Below are positions 1 to 12,490 of a stretch of 64,000 nt of DNA, one piece after another (position 1 is the stretch's first letter; the number at the start of each line of letters is the position of its first letter). Under the pieces are notes generated by a model. That model saw only the letters and a list, made by a program, of their open reading frames with translations, was not told the DNA's origin and did no database searches. The stretch is from Podarcis liolepis (Eukaryota), in NCBI GenBank assembly GCA_965112155.1, contig OZ218114.1; one strand, written 5' to 3'. A program made the position numbers and the translations under genes.

Positions 1-1545
1 AAAGGGCCTCCTGAATGTTGAGTGCATTTGAGCTGATATCCATCATTAGGCTTCTCAAGCTTGCTCCTCTAAAGCCAGCTGAAATATCTGAGAAGTGCAG
101 ATGCTCAGCATATCTCAATACTAAGCAGTGTAGCCTTCCAGCTTGTTGAGCAGCTTCCCAAATTATCATTTTGTCACAGGCCTGTTCCTGCTAGCCATCA
201 CTGCGACAATATCATAATATTGTGCTTATATACATGTGTCTCTTATAATAAATTCATCTATATGCAGAGCTGCTCCTAGATTCTCTTCCTTTTGAACAGA
301 CATACAGAAAAACTTCTCACATTACCATGGCAGTCTCAAGAATGGCTTGTCAAAGCTTCTTGAGGACTTAAGTTTTCTCCCATTCAAATTAGCAATGTCA
401 AATCCGAAGTTAACTATAGAGATGAGAATCTAGGCGAAAGTGAGAGATGAAAGAGAATCTGAACTACTTTGGGGTAGTCTCCAGTTTGCAGACATTGCTG
501 TATTTTGAGGGGGGATTGCATGGAAGAAGGGAATGGAATGAGGTGGTTGTTGAAGAGGCAGCTATAACAAAAAAAAAATTGCCCTGCAAATCCATGGTGT
601 TGTTCTCTTGGCTCTCACACAGGAGGCAACACGATCTCCTCGTAGTCAGGTGATTGGCAGCACAGAGGGAAGTAGCGGGTTGCAAGCATTACATCTGTAG
701 CTCTGTGTGGGTGGGAGAGAGAACAAGATTTAGAGCTGCAGCAACAGCGTGGAAATGAAACAGTACACAGCTTAGGAAGGCAGACGGAGCAAATTGCTCC
801 ATGCTTTGGTCCTTGTGCTCTTTGTTTGAAGAGGCCCAATCAGCGGCGCTCACATGGTCCTGGGTGATGACAAGGGAGTACATTGCCCAGTGCTTAATTT
901 TCAAAATGAGAGTATGTACTGTAAACTAAAAGCATTCCTCTTCCTCTTACCCCAAATTTGATGAGCAGTGATCTGTGTCATCAACCTGGTAACAAACTCC
1001 TGCCATAAGTGCCCCTTTTGTCTTTCACCATTCTTACTTGCCTCTTCCAAAATGTTGTCAGCACTGCCTTTGTTGCTTATATTTCTCGGTGTCTTAAAAT
1101 GGCAGACTATTCAGTTGGCAGTATATGGGAAGAGCAGATCACCTAGGTCTTTGCCATGGATGAGCAACTGGTTGGCTCCAGAGTTTGGGGAGCTTTGGGC
1201 AAAATGCTTCCGCACCGTCGACCCTTTGTCCTTAGGCCCGGATCAGGAGGCAAGTTATCCAAAGAGAAAGTGGGAGGCAAGTGGGGGATGCTGCTACACC
1301 TCCTCTGTCTTGTTTGCTTGCTCAGAGAGGACAGACAGTAACAACAGAAGACCTGGAGACTCCAGGGTCACCAGTGGACCTTGCCAGGAGCCCAGCCCTG
1401 CTGACTACTGCCAGTGGCCCCGATGATAATTTCTCCAGCAGAACAGGTGGCAGTTTCATCCCAAGTCTGTGTTTCGGAAAAGGGATCTAGAAAATAAGAA
1501 CTTCTGGCGGGCTCCTCTGGTCTTTCAAGAACAGCTGGGCTGTAG

Positions 1546-1683
<138 letters not shown>

Positions 1684-3194
1684 TGAGTGGTAATTCCATC
1701 TCCATCTGTCCCTCTCCATCCTTCTTCCTTTCCCCACCCTGCCCCCTTCTTTCTGCTCCCTGATCCCATGCCAGCTTGTACCTCTGCAACATTAACCCAT
1801 CCATGACTGGGGCGAAGGGTTGGACTCAAAAGGTATCACAAGGCTACAGCAAAGTTCATAAAACCTTTGGCACCAGTGGTTGCCATGACGTGCCCCATTG
1901 CCACATGCAGTGCCAGAGCCTGCTCTGTGGCTTTTCCGTCTGATGATCAGGTTGCAGCAAAGGATGGGGCTCCTCTTCCTTTCACAGATATGAAGGAGAT
2001 GGCATTTTGGCAGGTAACACTTGCCCCATTACAGTGCTGCAGGGTGATAAAAGGTAACACTTGCCAAAATCCACTCCCCCTTTTAATACCAAGGTTACGA
2101 GAGCTCTTTCCTCTTATTGCATCTGATTATCTTAAGTGAATTGCCTCCAAAATGGACTCTCACCAAGGTAGGCCACCACCGCAGCTGCTTCATGCTAAGG
2201 AAAGAGAGACAGGCAGGAGAGATTTGGCTCAAGACCCGATGGGCTGATGGCAGGTGTGTTTTTCTACACCACTTGTCTTGAGACTCAGTATCTTAAGATT
2301 CAAAGGCTTATGACATTTGCAGGTTACAGAATGAAGGAGGCCAACGCCAGGTGTTTCGTTATTCAGCTCTTCAACCCTGATTCAACTTCAAATAGATTTT
2401 GGTTTACCTAGCCTAGATTATATGAACAATCGTGGATGAAATCCAACCTCCCCCCCCAAAAAAAAAGCATGAGAGTCTGTGAAAGAAGTGAAAATTGGGC
2501 AGAACATAGTTTCTCAGGATCAGCTCTTGCTGTCCAAGTTGTAGATTGCTCTTGAGGAGCTCAGGGCTAAAAGTTGACAGGGTGAGAATAGCGAGGCTTA
2601 AAGTGCATCATCTTCACTGTGTTTATTTGAAAAAGAATCAAAGACTGGAATACAGCAGCGGGTAGAACTCAAAGTATAGCAGCGGTGAGTGGAAAGGACC
2701 CACCACCTGAATGATACAGAAGAGTGCAGGGTCAGTAGGGTTTGGACTGATGGAAAAAGTATCTGTAATGCTTGAGAACAGAACTACGGCTGTTGCAGCA
2801 AGAGCTTGCTTGTGAGGGCAGAACCGCGTTAGCCAAGAAACGTGGTTGGGGAGCTGTCTTTTTTGTCCTGGTAGCATCTCACCTATGGCTACTTCCCATG
2901 CTGCTCTGGGGAGTGGAGGAACTATTTGAGAGAGGTGAATCACGTGGGAAGGAGCCATGCGAGGATCAGAAGCTATCTCAAGTACAACTCTTGGTGCTGT
3001 GGCTCTACTCTCTCTTACGTGTATCCTCCATTTCTGTGTCAATATGGGAAATAGCCACAGGGGGGTGGCACCCATTCAACTACTATAAAGTAAGACCTAA
3101 CCTTTTGTTTTTAGATTGTAAGCTCTGTGGGGCAGGTGCTTGTTTTCTTGTACTTTGTAGAGGATCATGCACATTGATGGCTTTATAGAGATAA

Positions 3195-3196
<2 letters not shown>

Positions 3197-3235
<39 letters not shown>
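3197..3235. repeat. (AAT)n microsatellite
   Basis: Direct reading. Confidence 0.95.
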
Positions 3236-3237
<2 letters not shown>

Positions 3238-4267
3238 AGTAGCATTATTTATATTGTGTTTGAGCATCTCTGAACTTGGCAGCAAACCAGGGCTCTCTTA
3301 ACTGAAACTACTAGCTCTCCTTTCCACTTTGTGTTGTTCTATAGTTTTTCTCTAGAGCTGACCACAGGCTCATTCCCTTAAAGGGGAACCAACCTAATTA
3401 ATAAGAAAGCGTTGTCTTTTATTAACTAAGATAAATATAATAGAAAATATTAGTGGAGGATTTTTCTTTTATTTAATTTAGCCTGAGGGCTGCTTTTCCT
3501 CATGGTCAAATTTCTGGGGGGTTGGGAAGGACCAGAGGCAAAAGTTTGTGCAACAATGCATGCGACTCTTAAAGCAGGCTGCATTCCAGCCACATAAAAG
3601 TCACAAGGGTTTTGCACCCACCCATGCACTTAGCCACTATTCAGCCAAGCAAGATTTATGACCACAGTTCAAGGACGTTTTCTAGCCAGACAAAGCTGCA
3701 TTGAGAAGCATTGTCTGGGGAGAGTTACAAGGGCCAGATAGAGAAGTGTTGGAGGGCCACATTCAGCCCCCAGGCCTGCAGTTCTCCATTCTTGCTGTAA
3801 ATGGAAACAGTAGAACCTGTTAGTTGCAGTTGTGTGATCATGTGGCTGTTGCCAAACACAGAGTTGTTAAAAAACACAGCCTCTGAATTGAAGTTTGCAA
3901 AGCACAGTAGGGGAGAGATACTATATGTGTGGCCCATTTGTCTCAAGATGTAAATATTGGCAAAAGGATCCATTCCTAGTCTCAATAGGTAGACTCAGGT
4001 GACTTTGTGCCATTACAATAATACCCATAGAAGTGAATTCAGAGAAGTAAGGAAGCCATATCACTTGCTTCTAAAAAACAGAGTGTAGACAAGGGAGGAA
4101 GATAAAGTTCTGTTGGGCCATTGAGGGTTGTGAAAGTCAGAGACTTAGTCCCAAGGGGTCAGGGCATAAAGAAACATTTTGCTTTACAGTGGGCTGTGGT
4201 GAGGTGCTGCAAGAGGCAACCCATGGCACTGTGATTCAAGTTAAATAATGGGCCCATTTCTACCAAA

Positions 4268-4439
4268 GGGCAATAGCTTAGTGGTAGAGCACTTGCTTTG
4301 CATGCAAAAGGACACATCTTCAATTTCTGGCATCTCCAGATAGGAAAGACCCTTGTCTGAGCCCCCAGAGAGATGCTGCCGGTCAGTGTAGACAATGCTA
4401 AACTGGATAGTCTGACTTTGTATAAGGTAGCTTCCTATG
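4268..4439 (+). mobile_element. tRNA(Ala)-like-headed SINE
   Basis: Degenerate tRNA head (tagcttagtggtagagc..ctttgcatgca..ggcatctcca) plus a body ending cttcctatg, shared with other copies in the window. Confidence 0.8.
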
Positions 4440-6834
4440 CCGCTGTGCTAGATAAGTTTGCAAAGACACAGCTGGGGAGACTGATGTTCTTCCTGTGTTT
4501 CTTCCAGAATGCAGAGCAGGGCTATGACGTGTAACAGATTAAGCTTTTTCTCAATAAGGTTTTATGTAGACTATGACCTGGAGGCCATTGAGGGTTTTAT
4601 TTTTGCATCTGCTTGGGTTTGTATCTGCTTCAAGGCCCATTTGGGTCTACTAATATGCCCCTTCTCATCTTATGTTGGGCCTACAGAATTGTGCTTACTG
4701 TTTCTTGTAATCTTCCATCTCTTCCTTCATACAAAATTCAGATAGATGTTCATTGCCGGGGGGGGGGGGGGCTTCATATATTTGGGGGCTGACCCTGCCC
4801 AGAGGAGTAGAGAAGCACTGCTTCTCAGATTCAGGTGAGCTCCCTGAGAAATGAACTCTCATTTGTTCTATCACTATTTATTAAATTGTGCTAGCCCTTT
4901 GGGTACGCAATTCTAGTTGGCATAGTAGGATTTTTGCATGGTACCTTTGTGGGATTTGGGGCCAACTTCCACTTGTAGTGCCAGTCTAGGCGCTACCACG
5001 AAAGAGACACAGATTCACATTCTTCTTCTTATAATTATTTTTGCAGTCTAATTTATATCCCTTTGCGGTTGGGATAGGGAGAGAAAAACAAGCAAAATGG
5101 TATTGTCCCCAGAGGGCAGCCTGCCCTCCCTAAAATCTAGTGAAGGAGGCAAAAGAAAGTCAGCTTTGGGGCATCACTGTGGCCAGGGCTGTATCCAGGT
5201 GTGGCCAGGGGTTAGAACAGCCTTCGTCAAACTAATGCTCTCCAGCTATTGTGGATTACAAGTCCCATCAGCTGTACTGTCTGGGGCAGGTGGTAGTTGT
5301 GTTCCAAAACAGCTGGGGGGCACCAGATTGGTGAAGCCTGGATTAGCAGGTTGGGTTTGGAGGGGATCCGTAGAACAGCTGGGAGAGGTTCACATAGCAC
5401 TTCTCTGTGTTGTGTCCTCTCTTCTTCCTCACATTTAAAATGCATTTTTGTAGAGAAGGCCCCAGCATGAGCATCTGTCAGAAAAACTTTCCCCATTTTA
5501 GCTGCAACTTCCAAGTTCACTGCAGAAGATACCTCAGGAAGCCTAAAACTCATGATCAGCAGCACTGTACTTGGTGAAGATTTCTCCTTTTGACATTTTC
5601 AGCACTCAGAGGTAAGAGCCTCTGTTTTCAATGGAGCTTATTCCCATGTAAGTGTGCCAGAATCCAGTCATGATTAGAGTCCATTTTAATTTCCAATGAC
5701 CTAGTTGATCCTGTAGGACAGAAAATGGTATTAAAGAAATAATCAGATAGCAACTGAAACAGTCAACATACCATTTCTGCAAAGCAAGTTATTTTTATCT
5801 GTCCTGCCTCCTTATTTCATTTATTTGTTTTAGAGATTTCTAATCCCACTTTTTCATATAGAGCTACCCCACCCCCTGTATAAGTCAGTTTACAGCATTT
5901 AAAGCTGGTTCTTTAGACACCCTTCCACAGTCAAATTCCACACAGCTCACAGCTGAAACAGATTTATATGCATGCATTTATATGCATGCATTCCTTCCTG
6001 TAATTCCTGGCCATATTTAGTGACCTGTGACTACCAGGGGTATTCCCTCTCCTTGAAACACAGCTGTACTCTGAAATATTAAAAACTTCCCTGGTCATAA
6101 CTAGGAAGTGCGGTTTTCCAGAACTTACAAGCTGTTTCAAAAGACTGACTAAAGCAGCCACTTGTAAGCTATGGTGATTGAAAAGAGCTAAGAAGAGAAT
6201 TACCAGCAATGGTTCTGTCCCTCTTTTCCCTACTTCCTTGAGGAAGGTGGTCTAAAGAACCAGCTGTTGGGGAGCCTTGATCCCAGCTCTGAGATCGCTC
6301 TTTCAGATCAAGAATGAAGCCCAACCATTTTATTTATTCAAAATACTGAAGATAGGTTTCAGGTTGTAAATATATATAATCTGCTTGTGTGCAGAAGGTC
6401 CAGTGCAGAACTAATAATAATAGTTTGGACAAACCATTTATACAAACTCCTTGCATCTTTGTTGTTACCTTAGCCCAGGACTGGGGAACCTGTGGCCATC
6501 CAGATGTTGATGGACTCAACCAACCCCAGTCAACATGGCCAATGGTTAGAAAATGGTGTTTTTTAAAAATCTGGCTATACGCATTACTAGCAGTTCACAA
6601 TTCTTTTCAATAGTGTGATCTTTGCCTTTCTCCAACTGATAGGACTTTTGACGTTCCCCTTTTTGTTTTAGTGTATTTGAATGGGAACACACATCAGTCA
6701 ATGTGCAAGCTTGCTGGCACTAGCAAACTGCAAATAGTGGGGTCCATGAATGTTGAATGGGCTGCTAAACTGAGCCTTGGAAGCCCAAATTGTTTGAGAT
6801 CCAGCAGAGGGGGTAGAACTGAAGTGTGGTACAC

Positions 6835-7160
6835 GCTATGGGGAGATGTATAAAATTATAAATTAACAGCAGAACTTTGGCACATCCAATGAAGCTGAAT
6901 GTTGGGAGATTGAGGATAGACAAAGAAAGCACTTTTTAACACAGCAGATAGCTATGGAATTCATTCCCACAAGAAGTCGCGATGGCTACTAACTTAGAGA
7001 GCTTTAAAAGAGGATTAGACAACTTAATGAGGGATAAGACTAATCAATTACTATAGTGGCTTCACTGTCAACAGCTACTAGTCTTGATGGCTGTGTTCTA
7101 TCTCCATTGTCAGAGGCACTACACCTTTGAATGCCGGTTGCTGGAAATCACAAGTAGGGA
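6835..7160 (+). mobile_element. CR1 LINE 3' fragment, degenerate
   Basis: catccaatgaagctgaat..gacaaaga..tttaaaagaggattagacaa, homologous to 11900-12130; boundaries approximate. Confidence 0.7.
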
Positions 7161-7411
7161 GAGTGTCTTGGATCAATCCATCAACCTGATGGATGATTTA
7201 GAAGGATTGGGTCCAGCATCACTTTCGCTGTCCATGTGTGACAGTATCTGTACTCAGCAGAGTTACATCTCAACGCAACTCCTTCCTTGGAAGCATCTTC
7301 AGGGTTGAAGGTACACACGCAGTAGGCAATCAACACTCATGGATGCCATAAAGATTCAGTCAAGTGTAGAGGTTTACTTGACAGGCATAAAAGCATATTG
7401 GTAGCAACTAT

Positions 7412-7560
7412 AAAAGGTCAAGGTAAAGGACCCTTGGGCGGTTCACTCCAGTCAAAGGCATCTATGGGGTTGCGGCGCTCATCTCACTTGTAGGCCGAGG
7501 GAGCTGGCGTTTGTCCACAGACTGCTTTCTGGGTCATGTGGCCAGCAGGACTAAACCGCT
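7412..7560 (-). mobile_element. Sauria-type SINE, 3' fragment
   Basis: aaaggtcaaggtaaagg tail, plus ggccgagggagctggcg and ggtcatgtggccagca shared with 14228-14590. Confidence 0.8.
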
Positions 7561-8586
7561 TATGTGGCTGGGGCAGGTGTGGCCTAGAGAGAGTTCTTAA
7601 GGGCCAGGTAGAGAGCCGTGGAGGGCCACATTCACCCTAAAGGTCTGAGTTCCCCACTCTTGGTCATGCCCATTCAGCAGTAATGTTGGGGGATCAAAAG
7701 AGCTACTTTGAGTTATTCCTGTCCCCACTGTCTGCAAAAGTGCCAGTTATATTATCCCATGTTAGTCCTCATATCTAGCACAGGACTGTCTTGGGCTATG
7801 CAGTTTTTCTCACTAGCTTCTTATACTGAGCAGGCGGAGTATCCTGGGGTAAAGGAATCTGCCTTTCCTGGAATATTTTCTGCACACTGAGTGTGGTGCT
7901 ACATTTCCTAGGCCAGATAGTTTGCCCAGATCCAAGAGGTTCACAGCGGTCAGGCTTGCAGGTTGTGAACAATGGCCTTTCACACAGTACCATAGATATT
8001 ACCCTCTCTCTCTTTTTCCATGCCAGCCTCATGGGCTTCCTTTGCTGTGTTTCAAAACTACTTATTATATACACGACCTCTGTAGCCCCAAGTGATCTGT
8101 TTTGGAGGGGGTGGGTGGGAGAGGCTCCCTTTGGCACTGCTCTCCATTCTCAGATCCTGACTGCACATAGTTTCTGGTGCTATTAACAGCCATCTGCACA
8201 CATCTTGTGATAACCCCCTGTGGTCTCTGAGCTTTCACAACATTGTTTCTCTCCTTCTCTTGTCCCCCATATCCACCCTGCCCCCTGTCCCTTTCTGTCT
8301 GTCCATCTGTCTGTTGCTGTGGATCTTTCCCCTCCCCTTTCCCCCTTTTAATCTCTGGATTTTGTTTCCTGCCATGCATATTTTGGTTGTCGTCTTCTTT
8401 TGCTCACTCCCTTTCTATAACCTTCCTGTGCTCTCTTCTTCTTCTTCTTCTTACACCTTTCCTGCCTTTCTTCTGCGTATGATTTCTCCACTTCTCTCCT
8501 CCTGATCCCCATTGTCTGCCCCTTTCCCGACCTGCCTCCTGTCTTCCTTCCTCCCTCCCTCCCTCCCTTCCCGTTTTGTTTTGCAG

Positions 8587-8659
8587 TCACTGTATCCATC
8601 AGATATTAGAAAGCGTAACTTACATTCACCACTATGCCATTGTGCATAGGGACCTGAAG
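8587..8659 (+). CDS. CAMK2B: CAMK2B alternative exon 6, upstream copy (73 nt): (S)[24 protein letters not shown]
   Basis: Long pyrimidine tract + ttgcag| acceptor, aag|gtcagt donor, same length and phase (2/0) as 21608-21680, open frame, HRDLK catalytic loop retained. Not captured by the ORF track. Confidence 0.88.
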
Positions 8660-9055
8660 GTCAGTATATATATGCCTTTCACCCTCTCAGAATGTTGGGT
8701 GGGGAGCGTAGGTGCTGCCATAATAGATTGAATCTGGTCAGGTCTGGCATTCTGCCCTGCCAGGTTCCTTTTATTTTTGGCGTATGGGGAGGGCAGTTAT
8801 TCAGAGTTGGTTTCTTCCCTGTCCGAACTTGCATGACAAAATCCTTCTCATCAACGCAGAACTCCAGTGAGACTGGTTGGGGACCCTGAGACCTTCCACA
8901 CAAGGAAACACCCAGGCCCACATGAACCACCGGGTTCCAGTGATCCTGGCACTGACAGTTATTGTCCATAACGGGGGGAACTAAAGCAATTGGCTTGATT
9001 CTATAGCATTCATCATTCCATCTCTCCCATGTCTTCCCACTCGTGCTTGTGTGCG

Positions 9056-9058
<3 letters not shown>

Positions 9059-9092
<34 letters not shown>
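9059..9092. repeat. (TC)n microsatellite
   Basis: Direct reading. Confidence 0.95.
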
Positions 9093-9094
<2 letters not shown>

Positions 9095-11649
9095 TCTCTC
9101 TCCTTCCCTCCCTCTTCTCCCTCTCTCTGTTTCCTGATCTGCATCTCTTATCTTGTTTACCGGAACCCCTCCTTCCCAACTCTTGTCCCATTTACTTTTT
9201 TGGGCCAAAGCATTTGCATGTTGCCTTGGAGATCAGAAGCCATACAGTTTAGGGAGTGTGTTGCACAGCCATCAGTGCCAGCAGTTTGGGGCATGTAGCT
9301 ACTCCTAGTGATGGAGAGTGTAGCATCACTGCATGTGCCTCCATGCATAAAAATAAAAATCCATGCATGTAGAAAACTTGCATGTCTGGAAGAAGGGTTC
9401 TTAGCCTAGCCTTCCCTCTGCCTTTAGTTTTCTGTGTGTACGGGATTTTTGTGTATGGAGCAACATTCCAGCACATACCACACTTTCACCTGAAATCTAA
9501 AGTTGTAGCATTTGGAAGAAGACTTTAGGGTCTTATCTGCTGTTTTGTGAGAACTACATCTTCTCAGGGAACACATCTCCTGGGTTTTGGTTCAAAAGGT
9601 GGGCATCACTTACTTTTTCTAGGAAGGAAATGGGCAAAGCACCAGCCATGTTATTTGAGAGAGATTGATAACAGAAACAGTCTGGTTGGATGAACCTATG
9701 ATGCAACTGCCTGTAGGGTTTTTAGGAGTCAATGAGGCTTAAGGCTCAGTGCCCTACTTATGATCTGGCTTTGGCAGTAATCCAGAGTTGAGACACAGTA
9801 GGAAATGGTGTAAGAAGATAGGCACACCCTTGACATTTTTGTGAGCTCGGTAGGTGGGAAATGGCTCTGTTTGTGAACTTAGCAGTACCTCCTTGCTTCC
9901 TATTATAGGCAGTTTGGCTCATGGCAGTATTAGGATGCTTAGGTGTTCTGTACAGTCCCACTACCCAGAGATATCACTTTCAGATCTCCCTTCCTTCACT
10001 CGTTTCATCCCAGAACAGTGAGAGGTTTTGTATTAGAGGTGCAAGGTGGGGAATCCTCCGTAATTCCACGGTAAACCATGGGTATGAATATGTGTCCTAT
10101 GTGGATTTTCAGCCAGAGTGGAAGGGGCCCTGCTTTTAAGCCTTAATTTTTTCCTATACTTTTAAAGCAACGTTGGGGAATGTGTGGGCCATCCAGATGT
10201 TGTTGGACTGCAGCTCCCATCATCCATATCCATTGGCCATGCTGGCTGGGCTTGATAGAAGTTGGAGTCCAACAGCATCCAGAAAGCCACAGGTTTCCCA
10301 TTTCTGTTTTAAAAGCAAGAATGTGTTGTGCAATATGCAGGATTGGGGATTTTGTGGTAGAAAGATGCCGTTTAGTTTTTAAAATAGAGAATACATTTTG
10401 GCTTTGAGCAAAGTTGCAAAACCTCCAGGCAGTAACTATATCATGTCCATGCTCCTGACATCCCCCTAGCCAACAGTTGGCATTAAATACACAATTAGCA
10501 GGAGATGGGGGAGGAGGCAAAGCAAGAAACATATTGATCTTTGACTTGCTGCAGTGGCATGTGAATAAGCCCTTGGTTTTTTGTTTCCCCTCTGGATGGC
10601 TGTATTTTTGTGTCAGTGCCATTTCTAAGCCAAGTGGAGTTTTGTTGGCTATCTCCCCCTCCCCCTCCTTTCAAAAGTAGCATGCCCCAGACATAGCATT
10701 AAGGGACAAAGCTTGTCAGGCACACACTCTTTGACTGTCATCTGGCTTATTTTAGCAAGCAAGTATGTCCTGTCATCATGCTGGCAAGACAATAATTGGA
10801 TGAACCGAGGCCAGCAATAGCATTTTGGTAACTGAAGCTGGAGCCTCGAGTGCTGAAGCTAAAGAAGTATCCTCGTGGTAATAAGAGTGAGTCTCCTGTA
10901 GTCACCAGAGACACCCCCTCGGGGAGAGATTATCACATGTGTTGGGCAAAACTCCAGAGCTCTTTGAGCACATTGAAGCTGGCAGCCTCTTCACAGTGCA
11001 CAGGTGACTGCTGCCAAGTTGGCCCTGGGAAAAGGACAGGGCTATTTCTGGATCATGGCCATACCGTGCTCTATAGTTTCCTAAAGGAGTACTTTTCCTC
11101 TTTCCCTTTTGGAGCCCACAGTTGACATTGAAGGGCCTTTTGCCTCCGCAGACAAGAGTTGTATGCAGGTGCCTATTAATACAGATCAGACGAGGGCAGC
11201 ATCATTTGACACCCGTCAGCTTCATGGTGGTTCTGGAAGTTCACTTGGTCTGATCTACTTAAGACAGTGTGTGGCAGGGGGGGTAGGTGCTGGTGGGAAG
11301 GCAAATTCTATTCTATGGATCATTAGAAAAGAAATGGTGATTGTTAAAAAAATAGTTGTTATTTATTTAAATATTTATAAGCTGCACTTCCCTAAAAAAT
11401 ACAAGGTTGCATGCAGCATACAAAATTGCAACAAGTACAACAAAAACTTCAGGGGGAAAATCAGTAAAAATATCAATAAATACTGGTTGGTAAAAAGAAT
11501 TTCACATTACGAAGGCCTGTGTGAATAACACTGTTTTTAGGATACATCTAAAAGAAGACGCAAATTATTTCTGCCAAACCTCTACAGGCAGGGAGTTCCA
11601 CAGGTTAGTCCCTAGTAGGTCACCAATATCATAATGGCATTAGAAAAAT

Positions 11650-12245
11650 CTGTAGTGCACTCACACTTGGTATACCATGGACAGTTCTGGTTGCCTCAAT
11701 TCAAAAAGGACAAAAGCTACAGAAAAGGGAGAAACCAAAATGATTAAGGGTATGGCGTGACTCCTTTGCGAAGAAAGGTTGCAACATTTGGGGCTTTTCT
11801 TTTTAGAGGGAAAGTAAGGAAACACAATAGAAGTGCATAAAATTACGTTTGTTATGGAGAAAGCGGACAGAGAGAAGTTTTTCTTTTCCATAACGCTAGA
11901 ACTCAGGGACATCCAGTGAAGCTGAATATTGGAAGATTCGAAACAGACAAAAGAAAGTTCGTACTTAAAACAATGGCATTCGCTCCCACAAGAAGTACTG
12001 GTGGCCAGAAATTTGGATGGCATTAAAAGAGGGTTAGACAAATTAAGGAAGAATAGGGCTAATCATGGGCTACAGTCCACAGTGGTTCCACTGTCAGAGG
12101 CAGTTTACCTCTGAATACCAGTTGTTGGGGAGAGGGCTGTTTTGATCACATCCTGCTTTGGGTTTCCTGTAGGCATCTGGTTGGCTAATGTGAGAACAGG
12201 ATGCTGGGCTAGATAGAACCGTTGGTCTGAGCCAGCAGGCTCTTC
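11650..12245 (+). mobile_element. CR1 LINE 3' fragment, degenerate
   Basis: Remnant peptide WHSLPQEVLVARNLDGIKRGLDK (ORF 11929..12114), typical of the CR1 ORF2 end, followed by 3'UTR; boundaries approximate. Confidence 0.75.
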
Positions 12246-12340
12246 CCATATGTTATCATGCTATTTGAGACCCTTTCTGGGTAAGAGGAGTGTCCAGAGT
12301 TGTGCCAAGTCCCGTCCCCCCCACACAAAAAAATCAGGTA

Positions 12341-12490
12341 GTGTTATAGCTCAGTAACAGAGCCCATGCTATGCATGCAGAAGTTTCCAGGTTCATTCCC
12401 TGGCATCTCCATGTATAATGTGGAAAATCCTGTCTGAAACTTTGGGGAGCCACTGCCACTCAGTGTAGGTTATATTGAGAGAGATGGACC
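12341..12490 (+). mobile_element. tRNA(Ala)-like-headed SINE
   Basis: tagctcagt..atgcatgcagaag..ggttcattccctggcatctcca head and shared body; boundaries approximate. Confidence 0.75.

Noticed and set aside
8587-8659. Processed pseudogene fragment or second CAMK2 gene
   Set aside because: Homology stops exactly at the exon boundaries, with proper splice sites, same strand and the correct position between exons 5 and 7.
8679-9298. RE-repeat or SL-repeat proteins in the ORF track
   Set aside because: Translations of the (TC)n microsatellite and the pyrimidine tract.
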